Shown here: piece by piece, positions 1 to 9,984 of the stretch
Layout: every line of letters begins with the position of its first letter
How positions within the stretch are numbered: position 1 is the stretch's first letter
Origin: a virus
Reading direction: 5' to 3' (one strand)
Virus record (IMG/VR): IMGVR_UViG_3300037068_000078
Span: 13,729 to 77,728 of that record
DNA length: 64,000 nucleotides
Position numbers and translations under genes: made by a program
The notes under the pieces: generated by a model
Databases searched by the model: none
What the model saw: only the letters and a program-made list of their open reading frames with translations
Told to the model about the DNA's origin: nothing

Positions 1-672
1 AACGCGCCCGTCATCTCGACGCTCGGCATCGAGCCCAAGGTCCCGACGCCGCTCTGGGAGGTCACGGCGTGCTATGCCGCTGACGCTGCCCTCGGCTTCA
101 CTGACGACCCTGCTCGTCCACTACAGACCCTTGAGCTCCTGGGCGTGTTGCCCGCGCTTCAGCAGGATCGCTTCCTGCAGACGCAGCGCAACAATCTCGC
201 CAATAGCGGCCTTGCCGTGCAGGGCGTCAACTCAGCTGGCAACATGGAGATCCTCGTCGAGGAGTCGCAGTACCAGTTCAACGCGTTCGGTCAGGCGGAT
301 ACCGCGTTCGGCAAGCTCACCGTCCTGGCGACGCTGGCCGAGTTGCTCACGCGCATGAAGTCGGCGATCACGTCGAAGTACCCGCGCTCCAAGCTGGTGC
401 CTGATGGCACCCGCATCGGTCCAGGCCAAGCGGCCGTCACGCCGACGGACATCAAGGCTGAGATCGTGTCGGAGTACCGTGCTGCAGAGTTCGACGGGCT
501 AGTTGCCAGCACCACGGACTTCATCGCGAACCTGATCGTTCAGATCGACCCGAACAGCCCCAACAAGGTTCAGGTTCTCTGGCCGCCGCGTCTCGCTGGT
601 CAGCTGCGTCAATTCGACGTGCTGGCACAGTTCCGTCTCATGTACCCCGACGACACGCAAGTCGCGTCGTAA
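1..672 (+). CDS. Tail sheath protein, Mu gpL-like (5' truncated)
   Basis: Frame open from base 1 with the DPARPLQTL motif typical of Mu-like sheaths; directly precedes the tube gene. Confidence 0.9.
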   Translation, partial: NAPVISTLGIEPKVPTPLWEVTACYAADAALGFTDDPARPLQTLELLGVLPALQQDRFLQTQRNNLANSGLAVQGVNSAGNMEILVEESQYQFNAFGQADTAFGKLTVLATLAELLTRMKSAITSKYPRSKLVPDGTRIGPGQAAVTPTDIKAEIVSEYRAAEFDGLVASTTDFIANLIVQIDPNSPNKVQVLWPPRLAGQLRQFDVLAQFRLMYPDDTQVAS

Positions 673-701
673 CCCCGCCATTTTGAGAGGACGAACAAAC
701 A

Positions 702-1067
702 ATGGCAAGCCCGAATAGAATTGGCGGTGTCCTCAGTCTGCGTGTCGATGGCACGCAGTATGAGGCTCGCGGCAACTTCCAAGTCACACCTAGCTCTGTC
801 AAGCGTACGGGCGTGGCTGGTCAGGACAACGTGCACGGCTTCATCGAGGAGCCGATCGTACCGTCCATCAAGGGAGACCTCTCCATCGGCAATCAGTTGT
901 CGGTGAAGCAGCTGGAGGCACTGGACAACGTCACAGTGCAGGTGATCCTCGCCAACGGGCGCACGTACGTTCTATCGAACGCGTGGACCACGTCGGCGTT
1001 CGTCATCGACGCGCACGACGGCAAGGTCGAGGTCACGTTTGAGGGGCTCACCTGCGACGAGATGTAG
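702..1067 (+). CDS. Tail tube protein, Mu gpM-like
   Basis: 121 aa, RIGG...VDG N-terminus, ends VTFEG; follows sheath. Confidence 0.85.
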   Translation: MASPNRIGGVLSLRVDGTQYEARGNFQVTPSSVKRTGVAGQDNVHGFIEEPIVPSIKGDLSIGNQLSVKQLEALDNVTVQVILANGRTYVLSNAWTTSAFVIDAHDGKVEVTFEGLTCDEM

Positions 1068-1130
1068 TTGGAATGAGGGCTGGCAACTTGCCCTAAAAGT
1101 TGCACCACAAACAAAAATCAGAGGACTACC

Positions 1131-1493
1131 ATGACGAAGCGCGTTGCAAAGGTTGAAAAGGAAGGGCTCACCGAAGAACAGCCTGAGGCTGTGCCTGCGG
1201 ATGAGCTTTTCTCATATGTGCTGCAGAAACCGATCAAGTCGTACGGCAAGGAAGTGCGTGTCATCAAGATGCGTCGACCGACCGGTCATGATTTGATGGC
1301 AGTGGGCAACCCGGTGGTTTTCTATCCATATACTACGCCAATCAAAATCGAGCACGACTTGCCCAAGGTGCTCAACATGGTGGCGCGTATCTCCGAGCCG
1401 CCCATCCCGTCAGGCTCACTGGCGGACATGGACCCCAACGACATCCTCGGCATTGCTTGGGCCATCTCGCCGTTTTTTACTCCGGCGAGGTAG
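1131..1493 (+). CDS. Tail assembly chaperone (Mu gp41-like)
   Basis: L.KPI...G...I.MRRPTG.DL pattern; between tube and tape measure genes. Confidence 0.8.
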   Translation: MTKRVAKVEKEGLTEEQPEAVPADELFSYVLQKPIKSYGKEVRVIKMRRPTGHDLMAVGNPVVFYPYTTPIKIEHDLPKVLNMVARISEPPIPSGSLADMDPNDILGIAWAISPFFTPAR

Positions 1494-1648
1494 ACACGCC
1501 GTTGGTCTACGAGCTCGTAGACATCGCAATCGACCTCGCCTTGACTTTCAAGTGCAGCCCCTTCGAGTTCATGGACGTACCACCGCGCTCGCTATACATG
1601 CTCAGGCAGCGCACGAACGTCGTGATCAAGAAAATGCAGCAGGATTAA
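1472..1648 (+). CDS. -1 frameshift extension of the tail assembly chaperone
   Basis: Slippery G TTT TTT at 1472-1478; the -1 frame stays open to 1648 and abuts the tape measure start. Confidence 0.7.
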   Translation, partial: VFYSGEVDTPLVYELVDIAIDLALTFKCSPFEFMDVPPRSLYMLRQRTNVVIKKMQQD

Positions 1649-3748
1649 ATGTCTGAACAAGAGACCCTTCGCCTCGTCGCTGAAGTAGTCGACAAGTACA
1701 GCGCACCGATGAAGCAGATGATGGACCAGCTGAACAAGCTGGGCCAAGCGGCGAAGGGTGTCCACGAGGATGGCAAGAAGCGCACTAACGAGCACACCAA
1801 GGCGTTTCGTGATCTTCACGACCAGCTGAACAAGGTCAAGGATACTACCACCGACGTTCTTCGTCCCGCGTTCAATGCGCTGGGTATTACGGTTCTCTCC
1901 GTTGCAGGCAGCATCGCAGCGGTGAGCGAGGCGGTCAAGAACTTCGGCGAGTACGGGCAGAAGCTGGAGTACGCACACCGCGCCAGCGGCCTGCTCACAT
2001 CCTCCGTGCGGGGCTTGTCCGAGGCGAACGAGCGCTTCGGCATGTCAGCCGAGGACACCATACGCTCGCTGGAGCAGTTCGGCGGGCACATGAACGAGCT
2101 CGCTCGCAAGAACCCGAACTACATAAACGAGTTCAAGAAGTACCCGCGCCTGTGGAACGAGCTAGGCAGCGCGCTGATGAACGGGCATCTCACCCGTCAG
2201 CAGCAGCTGGACAAGGCGATGAACTACGTCTCTACCATCCGAGACGTCGACCAGAAGAAGCGCGTGCTGGCGCTGCTCGGCCTACCCGAGAACTGGGCTT
2301 ATCTCTCCGAGAAAGAGATGGCCGAGATGCGCAAGCGGGCGGAGGACTTCAACAACCGCTTCCCGTTCAGCGCCAAGGCCGCCGAGGATGCCAAGAAGGC
2401 GTGGGACGACTTGATCACCACGTTCCACGGCCTGCGCGATGAGATGGGTGGCGAGTTCGCGCCCGGCTTCTCTAAGGGCCTGAAGGAGTTCAACGAGCTC
2501 ATTAACTCCGAGTCCTTCAAGGAGTTCAAGGGCTACGTTGACGCCGTGGGCAAGTCGCTGAGCGGCTGGAACATCGGCTCATTCAAGTCTGACGCGCAGG
2601 ATCTAAAGGCAATCATGGACGCCATCAGCGCGACCGTGCACGGCGTCGAGGGTATGTGGGCGAAGATCGCCGAGATCTGGAAGCGAGGCTTCGGCAGCGG
2701 CACGGGCACAGGTGCGCCCGGTAGCCAAAGCGACCAAAAGCAGCAGGACAACGTGAAGGAGGGCACTCGCAAGGGTCTCGAGGAGTTCTACAACACGCTC
2801 AAGCAACAAAACAACGACGGCGGCTACACTCCCATGGCGTACCATCCCCCCGGCTCATCCGGCGGCGGAGGCGGGGGGACGCCGAGGTTTGGAAGCGCGG
2901 AGTACCCGAACCTTGGTGCGGGCGCACCGGGTGGCGGCGGTGGTCTCAGCGGTGGCAGTGTTCCGAAGTCCTCGCAAGGAACAGGGAACGGTGCTCTGGG
3001 TCCCGATGCGATGTACTCAATGAACCCTGGTCCGCAGAATGATTCGGCGCTTGCCTCTGATCGTGAGAAGCGGTTTAGGGATGAGGTCACTAGAAATCCC
3101 GGGCTTCTTGACCGCATGGCGCAAATATCGCTCGGCGAGAACAAGGGCAAGAAGGCCAATCAAGAGGTCATCGAGACGATATTCAACCGCGCTTCAGCGC
3201 GCGGCACCTCGCTTGCGCAGGCAATGAAGGAATACACGGGGCGAGGTTCCGATGGTTACTATCCGGGGACCACGTTCTCGGGCGGTGCGCGGGCGATGGG
3301 CAACGCAAAGCTTCGCGCCATGGCAGAGGAGCACATTCGCAAAGCGTGGGGCGGCAGCAACGTCAGCGGATATGCCACGGACAATTCATCGAGTTGGTTG
3401 GCTGAGAAAGAAAAGCGGTCTGGTGCATTCACGTGGCACAACGACGACAGCGCTGAGTCGTTCTTCTCACCGGGAAAGTCTGGGGGTGGGCGAGCCTCTC
3501 GAGGCAGCTATCTCAAGTGGCTGCACGGGCTCGATGGTCAGAGGAAAGACAGCGACGCCGAGCTTCTCTCCAAGGGCATGAAGACCATGGACAACCGCGA
3601 CTTCAAGGGCAACGCCAACGTGACAGTTGACTTCCGCAACATGCCGAAGGGCGTTGCCGTTGCTGGCAAGGCTGATGGCATGTTCAAGCAGGTGACGCTC
3701 AACCGTGGGCGGCAGATGTTCGACAGCGACAAGATGGGTCTCGGCTGA
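1649..3748 (+). CDS. Tape measure protein with possible C-terminal cell-wall hydrolase domain
   Basis: 699 aa; helical N-half starting ETLRLVAEVVDKYSAP, Gly-rich linker, then ISLGEN...VIETIFNR. Confidence 0.85.
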   Translation: MSEQETLRLVAEVVDKYSAPMKQMMDQLNKLGQAAKGVHEDGKKRTNEHTKAFRDLHDQLNKVKDTTTDVLRPAFNALGITVLSVAGSIAAVSEAVKNFGEYGQKLEYAHRASGLLTSSVRGLSEANERFGMSAEDTIRSLEQFGGHMNELARKNPNYINEFKKYPRLWNELGSALMNGHLTRQQQLDKAMNYVSTIRDVDQKKRVLALLGLPENWAYLSEKEMAEMRKRAEDFNNRFPFSAKAAEDAKKAWDDLITTFHGLRDEMGGEFAPGFSKGLKEFNELINSESFKEFKGYVDAVGKSLSGWNIGSFKSDAQDLKAIMDAISATVHGVEGMWAKIAEIWKRGFGSGTGTGAPGSQSDQKQQDNVKEGTRKGLEEFYNTLKQQNNDGGYTPMAYHPPGSSGGGGGGTPRFGSAEYPNLGAGAPGGGGGLSGGSVPKSSQGTGNGALGPDAMYSMNPGPQNDSALASDREKRFRDEVTRNPGLLDRMAQISLGENKGKKANQEVIETIFNRASARGTSLAQAMKEYTGRGSDGYYPGTTFSGGARAMGNAKLRAMAEEHIRKAWGGSNVSGYATDNSSSWLAEKEKRSGAFTWHNDDSAESFFSPGKSGGGRASRGSYLKWLHGLDGQRKDSDAELLSKGMKTMDNRDFKGNANVTVDFRNMPKGVAVAGKADGMFKQVTLNRGRQMFDSDKMGLG

Positions 3749-4269
3749 TGGTGCTCTCATTCTGGCGGCTCAACCTGCAGCCCGCCTCCTTCAATGGTGC
3801 AGTCTTTCACATCGCGGTCAGCTCTCGTCAAGGAGGCAGGCGGCAGGTGGAACATGAGTTTCCCAAGAAGGAGGATCCCTTCGCGGAGGACATGGGCCGC
3901 AGGGCGCGTGGCTTCAACATCCTGGGGTACGTCATCGGTGCAGACTTCGAGCAACAGCGCGATGCGCTGATCGAGCAACTGGAGCTCGAGGGCAATGGTA
4001 CGCTCGTGTTACCCACTTACTCCGAGGACCAGATCGTGGTCTGCGACGTGTACAGCGTAGTGGAGCGGCGCGAGCACGGTGGGTACGCGGAGATAGAGAT
4101 GCGCTTCCTCGAGGCTGGGCAGGATCCATCCACGGTGGCCTCAGTGGACACGCAGGGGGCGGCGAACGCAGCTGCAGACCAAGCGGGCGGGCTTGCCTCG
4201 TCCTCGCTGCAGGGCAATGACTTCAACGGCGCATTCATGAACTCATCGGACATTACACAACTCACATGA
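3748..4269 (+). CDS. DNA circularization protein N-terminal domain (Mu gpN-like)
   Basis: WR..LQPASFNG..F, GGRR..EHEFP, EDMGR, GTLVLP motifs. Confidence 0.85.
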   Translation: MVLSFWRLNLQPASFNGAVFHIAVSSRQGGRRQVEHEFPKKEDPFAEDMGRRARGFNILGYVIGADFEQQRDALIEQLELEGNGTLVLPTYSEDQIVVCDVYSVVERREHGGYAEIEMRFLEAGQDPSTVASVDTQGAANAAADQAGGLASSSLQGNDFNGAFMNSSDITQLT

Positions 4270-4952
4270 ACAGCTTAGACGCAAACGAGGCGATGCAGGT
4301 ATTGAACGGCACGGTATTCCCGTCGCTGCTCTCCTTGGTCTCGGGCTCGACACTTGCCAGCGCGCAACTGATCAGCTTGATCGGCATCCTCGCGGTCAAT
4401 GGCCCGAACGAGTTGCAGGCCGTGCCAGATGGCGACAAGACATTCTGGCAGGACATCACCGTAATCTTCGATCAGGCGCAGGTCATGGGGGCTACGTTCC
4501 AGCAGCTGGAGAACGTGCGCACGACCATCGACGCGCTGACGCTCGTCGGTCTACCGGCCATCGCCGTGCGGAACTACTGCGTGCGCATGTGTCTCGTGGA
4601 GCAGGTGCGCATACTCGCTGACACTGTCTTCACGAGTAGGCAGCAGATAGACGCCTACTTCGACGCTATCAACACCTCGTTTGGTGACGCCGAGGAGGTC
4701 GCGGCGAATAACAAGGATAACGTTGCGTATATCGCTCTGCTCAAGTTGCATGGAGCAGCATCCAATGATCTTGCCACGCGCTCGCGCCCGTTACCGCTCA
4801 TGACTACGTACAGTTACCCCAACGCGCGGCCCGCGCTGTGGATCGCGCAGAACCTGTACCAGGACCCCTCGCGATACAATGAGCTCATCTCGGAAAACAA
4901 CCCGATCCGCCCGCTGTTCATGCCGACTAGCGGCAAGGCGTTGGCCTCGTAA
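4266..4952 (+). CDS. Mu gpN C-terminal-like baseplate protein
   Basis: C-terminal PAL.IA..LY.DPSR..EL..EN...PLFMP motif. Confidence 0.7.
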   Translation: MNSLDANEAMQVLNGTVFPSLLSLVSGSTLASAQLISLIGILAVNGPNELQAVPDGDKTFWQDITVIFDQAQVMGATFQQLENVRTTIDALTLVGLPAIAVRNYCVRMCLVEQVRILADTVFTSRQQIDAYFDAINTSFGDAEEVAANNKDNVAYIALLKLHGAASNDLATRSRPLPLMTTYSYPNARPALWIAQNLYQDPSRYNELISENNPIRPLFMPTSGKALAS

Positions 4953-6004
4953 TGCCCAATCCAAAGGAGTTGGCGGCAGTGGTCGCCAATGGTCAGCGCT
5001 ACGAGATCTGGACTGAGATCGAGGTGACACGAGACGTCTCTGACATCATCGATCACACGCTACTCACCGTAGCGGAGATCAGCCCAGAGACCAGCGGTGC
5101 CATCAGTGCATTGAAGCTGCAGCCGGGTGACAAGTGCACGGTCTTTCTAGCTGGGCAGAAGGTCATCACTGGTATGGTCTACATGCGACAGGCCGTGCTC
5201 GACCCAAACAATCATCAGGTGCAGATCGGCATCTCGTCGCAGGCACAGGCTGTGATGGTCTCCACCGTGGATGGCAATCCTGGTCAGTACACCAACCAGA
5301 CGCTTCAGCAGATGGGCAGCGCGGTGTTCGGCCCCGTGGGCGTTAACTTCACGGTGAAGGCCAGCGGCGATGAGCAGTTCACGCGCGTAAGCGAGCACAT
5401 CGGTGAGACACGTTTCGCATTTATCGAGCGCCTCGCGCGCATGGTCAACATGCATCTCTTCGACGACGGCAACGGTGGCATCCAGGCGTTTCGCGGGGCT
5501 TCCGGTGGCGGGCTCACGCTGAAGGAGGGCACCAACTTCAAGCGCGGGCGCATCCTGCTTAAGAACAGCGACCACGTGGACGACATCACCATCAAGGGCC
5601 ACGACTTCGGCAACGACAGCGCCGACATGAACCGCTCGCCCGAGGGGAAAACCACGGCGGACCCGGCCATTGGAAGGTCGTTCAAGATGATCGCCGAGGA
5701 GATGGGTAGCTCTAGCAAGATGCAGAAGCGCGCCAATCATCAAGGAGACTGGACCAAGTACATGCAGGTGGATGGTGACATCACGACGCAGGGTTGGTTC
5801 GCCCCCGACGGTACACTCTGGTGGACGCATGTTGGAGAGAAGATCATGGTGAACTCGCCTTCGCTGCTGCCCGAGAACACTTTTAAGTTCATGATCAAGG
5901 GCGTGGTGCACCGTCAGTCCACCGCCAACGGAACGACGACTGACGTGCTGCTGTGCCGCGAGGACGGTTTCGGCAGTGGTCAGCAAGAACCGATACAGCA
6001 CTGA
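4952..6004 (+). CDS. Baseplate hub, Mu gpP-like
   Basis: 350 aa; V.NG.RY..W..I.V N-terminus, GET.F.FIERLAR, GW....G.LW. Confidence 0.85.
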   Translation: MPNPKELAAVVANGQRYEIWTEIEVTRDVSDIIDHTLLTVAEISPETSGAISALKLQPGDKCTVFLAGQKVITGMVYMRQAVLDPNNHQVQIGISSQAQAVMVSTVDGNPGQYTNQTLQQMGSAVFGPVGVNFTVKASGDEQFTRVSEHIGETRFAFIERLARMVNMHLFDDGNGGIQAFRGASGGGLTLKEGTNFKRGRILLKNSDHVDDITIKGHDFGNDSADMNRSPEGKTTADPAIGRSFKMIAEEMGSSSKMQKRANHQGDWTKYMQVDGDITTQGWFAPDGTLWWTHVGEKIMVNSPSLLPENTFKFMIKGVVHRQSTANGTTTDVLLCREDGFGSGQQEPIQH

Positions 6005-6771
6005 TGAGATTCGTATCACCACGCGGCTCGGCCGAGCGGGTTGGCAACTCGCTTTCACGCACCATCGTCGAGAAGGTCGACGACACCAAGCTCATGCAAT
6101 ATCACAATCTGTCGCTCTACTCGGACGAGCAGCAGAACGGAGTTGAGCACGCGCACCAGTACGGGTTCGTCAACGTGCCGCAGGAGCCCACCGGCGAGGG
6201 TAAGCAGCGCACAGGTGCCGAAGCATTCATGGGCTTCATGGGCGGCGGTCGCAGCCACGGCGTCGCGTTCATGGCGGGCGACAGGCGATATCGCCTGTAC
6301 AAGCTGGCAAATGGCGAGGTCGCCATGCATGACGACCAGGGTCAGCAGATCCACATGAAGCGCGACGGGCTTTGGGCATCCGTGCCCAATAGCAAGAAGG
6401 TCATGATGCAGATCATGGACGACGACAAGCTGCCGCAGGCGGACGACGCGCCCACCAGCGGCAAGCAAAAGATGGGGCAGGTGCAGCAAGCGGGCCGGTC
6501 GGCGGCGATCAACGTCGTGCTCGACAAGAGCCAGTTCACCATCAACCATCCTAGTGGGCACGTGCAGGTCAACTGCGCGAGCTTCGGTGTAAACGCCAGC
6601 GGCGACGTCGGCGTGAAGGGTGGTGGCAACGTAGAGCTACAGGCGGGCAACAAGCTGGGCTTCGACGCGAGCGGCCCCGTGGTCACCAAGGGTGGTGGCA
6701 GCGTGGGTAGCAACGGTGCTGTCAGCAGTCCCGGCGACCAGCCTCCGATCCCAGCTTGGGAGGTGCCGTAA
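6004..6771 (+). CDS. Baseplate spike, Mu gp45-like
   Basis: VE...QYGF...P, GG.RSHGV....DRRYR...L..GEVA.HDDQG; ATG overlaps upstream stop. Confidence 0.85.
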   Translation: MRFVSPRGSAERVGNSLSRTIVEKVDDTKLMQYHNLSLYSDEQQNGVEHAHQYGFVNVPQEPTGEGKQRTGAEAFMGFMGGGRSHGVAFMAGDRRYRLYKLANGEVAMHDDQGQQIHMKRDGLWASVPNSKKVMMQIMDDDKLPQADDAPTSGKQKMGQVQQAGRSAAINVVLDKSQFTINHPSGHVQVNCASFGVNASGDVGVKGGGNVELQAGNKLGFDASGPVVTKGGGSVGSNGAVSSPGDQPPIPAWEVP

Positions 6772-7665
6772 GTGGGCTTCTCAGATCTCCGCTTCATGTT
6801 CGACGCCACGCAGAACCGCGTGTTCGTGCAAGACATACCAGCCAGTGTCACACTCTCGCTTGCTACCAACATCAATCAGATCTGGTACAAGGAGGGCGTC
6901 GGGCTCATCTACTTCAACGACAGGCAGCACATCGGCGAGCCGTTCACCGACCCCTCCGTCTACCAGACGCAGATCAACGCGTGGATAACGGCGATGGCTA
7001 CTGCAACTCCAGCGCTCACGCTTGCGCAAGCCAAGGTCATCAAGAACAAGTTCGTTGGAGCTATCTACGACGTCAAGCGGCAGGCACCAGTCACGGTCGG
7101 CACTTCTCTCGGTACGCTGCAGTTCGAGGCGACTGACTCTGCGATGCTCGCGTATACATTGCAGACAGGCTATCAGTTCGTGGCGAACCTGAACGCGATC
7201 ATCGCGCAGCTAAACCAGTGCATCGCAGAGGGCAACGCAGTTCTTGGTGCAGCGAACGGCAACCTGATACCGATCGTCAATGCGCTCATCGGCAACAGTG
7301 GCGGCAGTGGTTTGGGCAAGTACGAGGTCCTGATGGATCAGTACAACCTAGAGACATTCGGTCTTTCTGGTGGTCAAGTCCAGCCGAATCCGCCCATTCG
7401 CGCGAACCTGCCCGGTGACGCGAGTGCGTGGGGCGGAAGTTTCGGCAGTGGCGTGGGCGGCATATCATCTGCATCTCCTGCCCTCGTCTCTCTTGGTTCT
7501 ACAGCGGCACAATCATTCACCGAGAATGATCTCATAGCTATTATTGCGGCGGTCTCAACACAGGTCGTCGTCAAGCAGGCTGTGAACAACGCAAAGCAGG
7601 CAGCGGTGAACGCCTGCGGAACAATCGCAGCAGTTGTCGCGCTCGACGTGACGACGGGATGGTGA
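6772..7665 (+). CDS. Hypothetical tail-module protein
   Basis: 297-aa ORF tightly packed between baseplate genes. Confidence 0.6.
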   Translation: MGFSDLRFMFDATQNRVFVQDIPASVTLSLATNINQIWYKEGVGLIYFNDRQHIGEPFTDPSVYQTQINAWITAMATATPALTLAQAKVIKNKFVGAIYDVKRQAPVTVGTSLGTLQFEATDSAMLAYTLQTGYQFVANLNAIIAQLNQCIAEGNAVLGAANGNLIPIVNALIGNSGGSGLGKYEVLMDQYNLETFGLSGGQVQPNPPIRANLPGDASAWGGSFGSGVGGISSASPALVSLGSTAAQSFTENDLIAIIAAVSTQVVVKQAVNNAKQAAVNACGTIAAVVALDVTTGW

Positions 7666-7666
7666 G

Positions 7667-8176
7667 ATGGCAGACTTCAGGTTACAGGCACAGGACAGGG
7701 ACCACATCAATCTGAACTTCGATTGGTTGCAGCTGGCAAGTGGGCTCATCGATGAGTCCATGGAGCTTGCTAGCGCTGTGCTCATTGCTTTGAACACCGA
7801 CGCCACCGCCAGCGAGACGGACGTGCTGCCGGATCCACGCTCGACCGACAGGCGTGGATGGTGGGGAGATCTCAATGCAGGCACGTTGTGGGGTGGGTGG
7901 CCCATCGGTAGCAAGCTCTGGCTCCTCAAGCGTGCCAAGATCGTGGACAACAATGCGCGCGAGGGTGCGACCACTGCACGCGTGCGCTCGTACATAACCG
8001 CGTGCATCAGGCCCTTCGTCGACAACGGCATTTGCTCAAAGTTCACCATCGACAGCGTCGTCGTGGACAAGTCGAACAAGAAGATCTCTGCAGCCTTCAC
8101 AATATATCGCGGACCTAAGTCGGCGATCAAACTTTCATACCAGCCACTCTGGTCTCAGCTGTTCCCGGGAGCATGA
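7667..8176 (+). CDS. Baseplate wedge, Mu gp46-like
   Basis: L.SAV.I.L.TD..A, DRRGWWGD, IGSKLWLL.R.K. Confidence 0.9.
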   Translation: MADFRLQAQDRDHINLNFDWLQLASGLIDESMELASAVLIALNTDATASETDVLPDPRSTDRRGWWGDLNAGTLWGGWPIGSKLWLLKRAKIVDNNAREGATTARVRSYITACIRPFVDNGICSKFTIDSVVVDKSNKKISAAFTIYRGPKSAIKLSYQPLWSQLFPGA

Positions 8177-8181
8177 CCTAA

Positions 8182-9291
8182 ATGCCTTGGACTACACCAA
8201 CGCTCGATGACGCGCGCACCATAGTTCGCGACGCCATTCAATCGCAGCTGCGCTCGGGGCCAATGATCCCGAACAGCGGCCTGCGCGTCATGTCCGACGC
8301 CAACGCCGCGCTCGCCCAGCTGACGATGCTCTACATCGACTGGCTCGCGCGCCAGTTGCTCCCAGACACCGCCGAGAAGGACTTCCTCGATAGGCATGCG
8401 GCCATCTGGCTGCCGAACAACGGGCGCAAGTCAGCGACGCTGGCGAACGGCGGTGCCACCATCACCGGCATCACCGGCAAGGTGCTCCCAGCTGGCTCGC
8501 AGTTCCAGGCGACCAGCGTCGATGGGACGACGACCTACCTGTTCCAGTCTGGCAACGCGGTGACTCTCAGTGGCGTCCCCACGCCGTTCACGTTCACGGC
8601 CATCACGGCTGGTCACACTGGACTTGCTGCAGGCGACACGCTGGCGCTCAACGTGGGCATCTCCGGCATCAACGGCACGGCCACTATCACTTCTATCGCT
8701 GATGGTATCAACGGTGAGACTGACGATGAACTCCGCGTCCGCGTCCTCGCTCGCATTCAGCAACCCCCGGTAGGCGGAGATGCGAACGATTTCGTGCAGT
8801 GGGTACTCGCGACACCGGGGGTGGCCGTGACGCGCGCGTGGTGCAGCCCGAACGAGATCGGCGCTGGCACCGTTACACTGCGCTTCATGGTGGATGACCT
8901 TCTCAACGAGATCAACGTGTTCCCTACTGCGCAGCAAGCGACGCTAGTCACTGCGTATGTAGACACGGTGCGCCCGGTCTGCCTGAAGGACAGGTTCGTG
9001 TTCGCTCCTACGCCAGAGCCGATCAACTTCGCCATCTCTGGCCTCTCGCCAGACACCGTTGCGAACCGCAACGCAATCCAGGCTTCGGTGAACAAGATGC
9101 TTTTCGAGCGGGCCGCACCTGCGCATGCCATCAACGGCGTGACGCAGGGCGCACAGACGATATATGCAGAGTGGGTCAGCGATGCCATCTCGCAGATCGC
9201 GTCCATCGATCACTTTACCTTGCTCATGAGTGATCACCCCATGCCGTTCAAGTCGTCTCTCGCGATTCTTGGAACCATCACCTACGGATGA
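8182..9291 (+). CDS. Baseplate J-like protein (Mu gp47)
   Basis: QLLPDTAE..FLDRHA, ETDDELR.R, PP.GG...D.V.W, VTRAW. Confidence 0.9.
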   Translation: MPWTTPTLDDARTIVRDAIQSQLRSGPMIPNSGLRVMSDANAALAQLTMLYIDWLARQLLPDTAEKDFLDRHAAIWLPNNGRKSATLANGGATITGITGKVLPAGSQFQATSVDGTTTYLFQSGNAVTLSGVPTPFTFTAITAGHTGLAAGDTLALNVGISGINGTATITSIADGINGETDDELRVRVLARIQQPPVGGDANDFVQWVLATPGVAVTRAWCSPNEIGAGTVTLRFMVDDLLNEINVFPTAQQATLVTAYVDTVRPVCLKDRFVFAPTPEPINFAISGLSPDTVANRNAIQASVNKMLFERAAPAHAINGVTQGAQTIYAEWVSDAISQIASIDHFTLLMSDHPMPFKSSLAILGTITYG

Positions 9292-9297
9292 TTTTAG

Positions 9298-9969
9298 ATG
9301 TCTTGGACGCAGCTATCCACTGTTGATTATCAGCAGGCGCTGAACAACCTTCTGCCCACGGGCGATGCTTGGCCCCGCGAGTTCAACTCCAGCATAGCTC
9401 TGCAGGAGGTGATCGCCGGTCTCGTGACGATCTACGGTGATCCAACTACCTCGGTGGAGCAACTAGCGGCGCTGTTGCTGCAGACTGAGAGTGATCCGCG
9501 CAAGGCCAACGTTCTACTCCCCGACTGGGAGACTGCGTTTGGTTTGCCAGATATTTGCTTACCGAGGTCTTCTGGGCTCACGATCGCACAACGTCAGCAG
9601 AGCCTTGTCAATAAGATAACTTTTCTAGGTGCGCAGTCTCGCGCCTTCTTCATCGCACAGGCCGCACTCAATGGTCAGACTGTCAGTCTCACGGAGTATG
9701 CACCCTACCAGTGCGGCATCTCTGGCGTGGGCAACACGACCAATCTTACCGATGACGGAACGTATCGCTGGGGACTTGGTCGCGAGGAAATACGCTTCGT
9801 GTGGGTTGTCGCACCGACCGCTCTCACTGCGAGCTTCAACGGTGCGGACTTGTTCTGCTTCATGAACCGCTGGAAGCCAGCGCACACCGAGGTGACGTTC
9901 GACTACAGTGCTCTCGCAGAATTTCGCTTCTCGCGACCCTGGAACTCCGGGTTGCTTGCCACTCTCTGA
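9298..9969 (+). CDS. Baseplate protein, Mu gp48/YmfQ-like
   Basis: Y..AL..LLP.G.AWP, LLPDWE..FGLPD.C, KPAHT. Confidence 0.9.
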   Translation: MSWTQLSTVDYQQALNNLLPTGDAWPREFNSSIALQEVIAGLVTIYGDPTTSVEQLAALLLQTESDPRKANVLLPDWETAFGLPDICLPRSSGLTIAQRQQSLVNKITFLGAQSRAFFIAQAALNGQTVSLTEYAPYQCGISGVGNTTNLTDDGTYRWGLGREEIRFVWVVAPTALTASFNGADLFCFMNRWKPAHTEVTFDYSALAEFRFSRPWNSGLLATL

Positions 9970-9984
9970 TAGGGGATCTACGCA

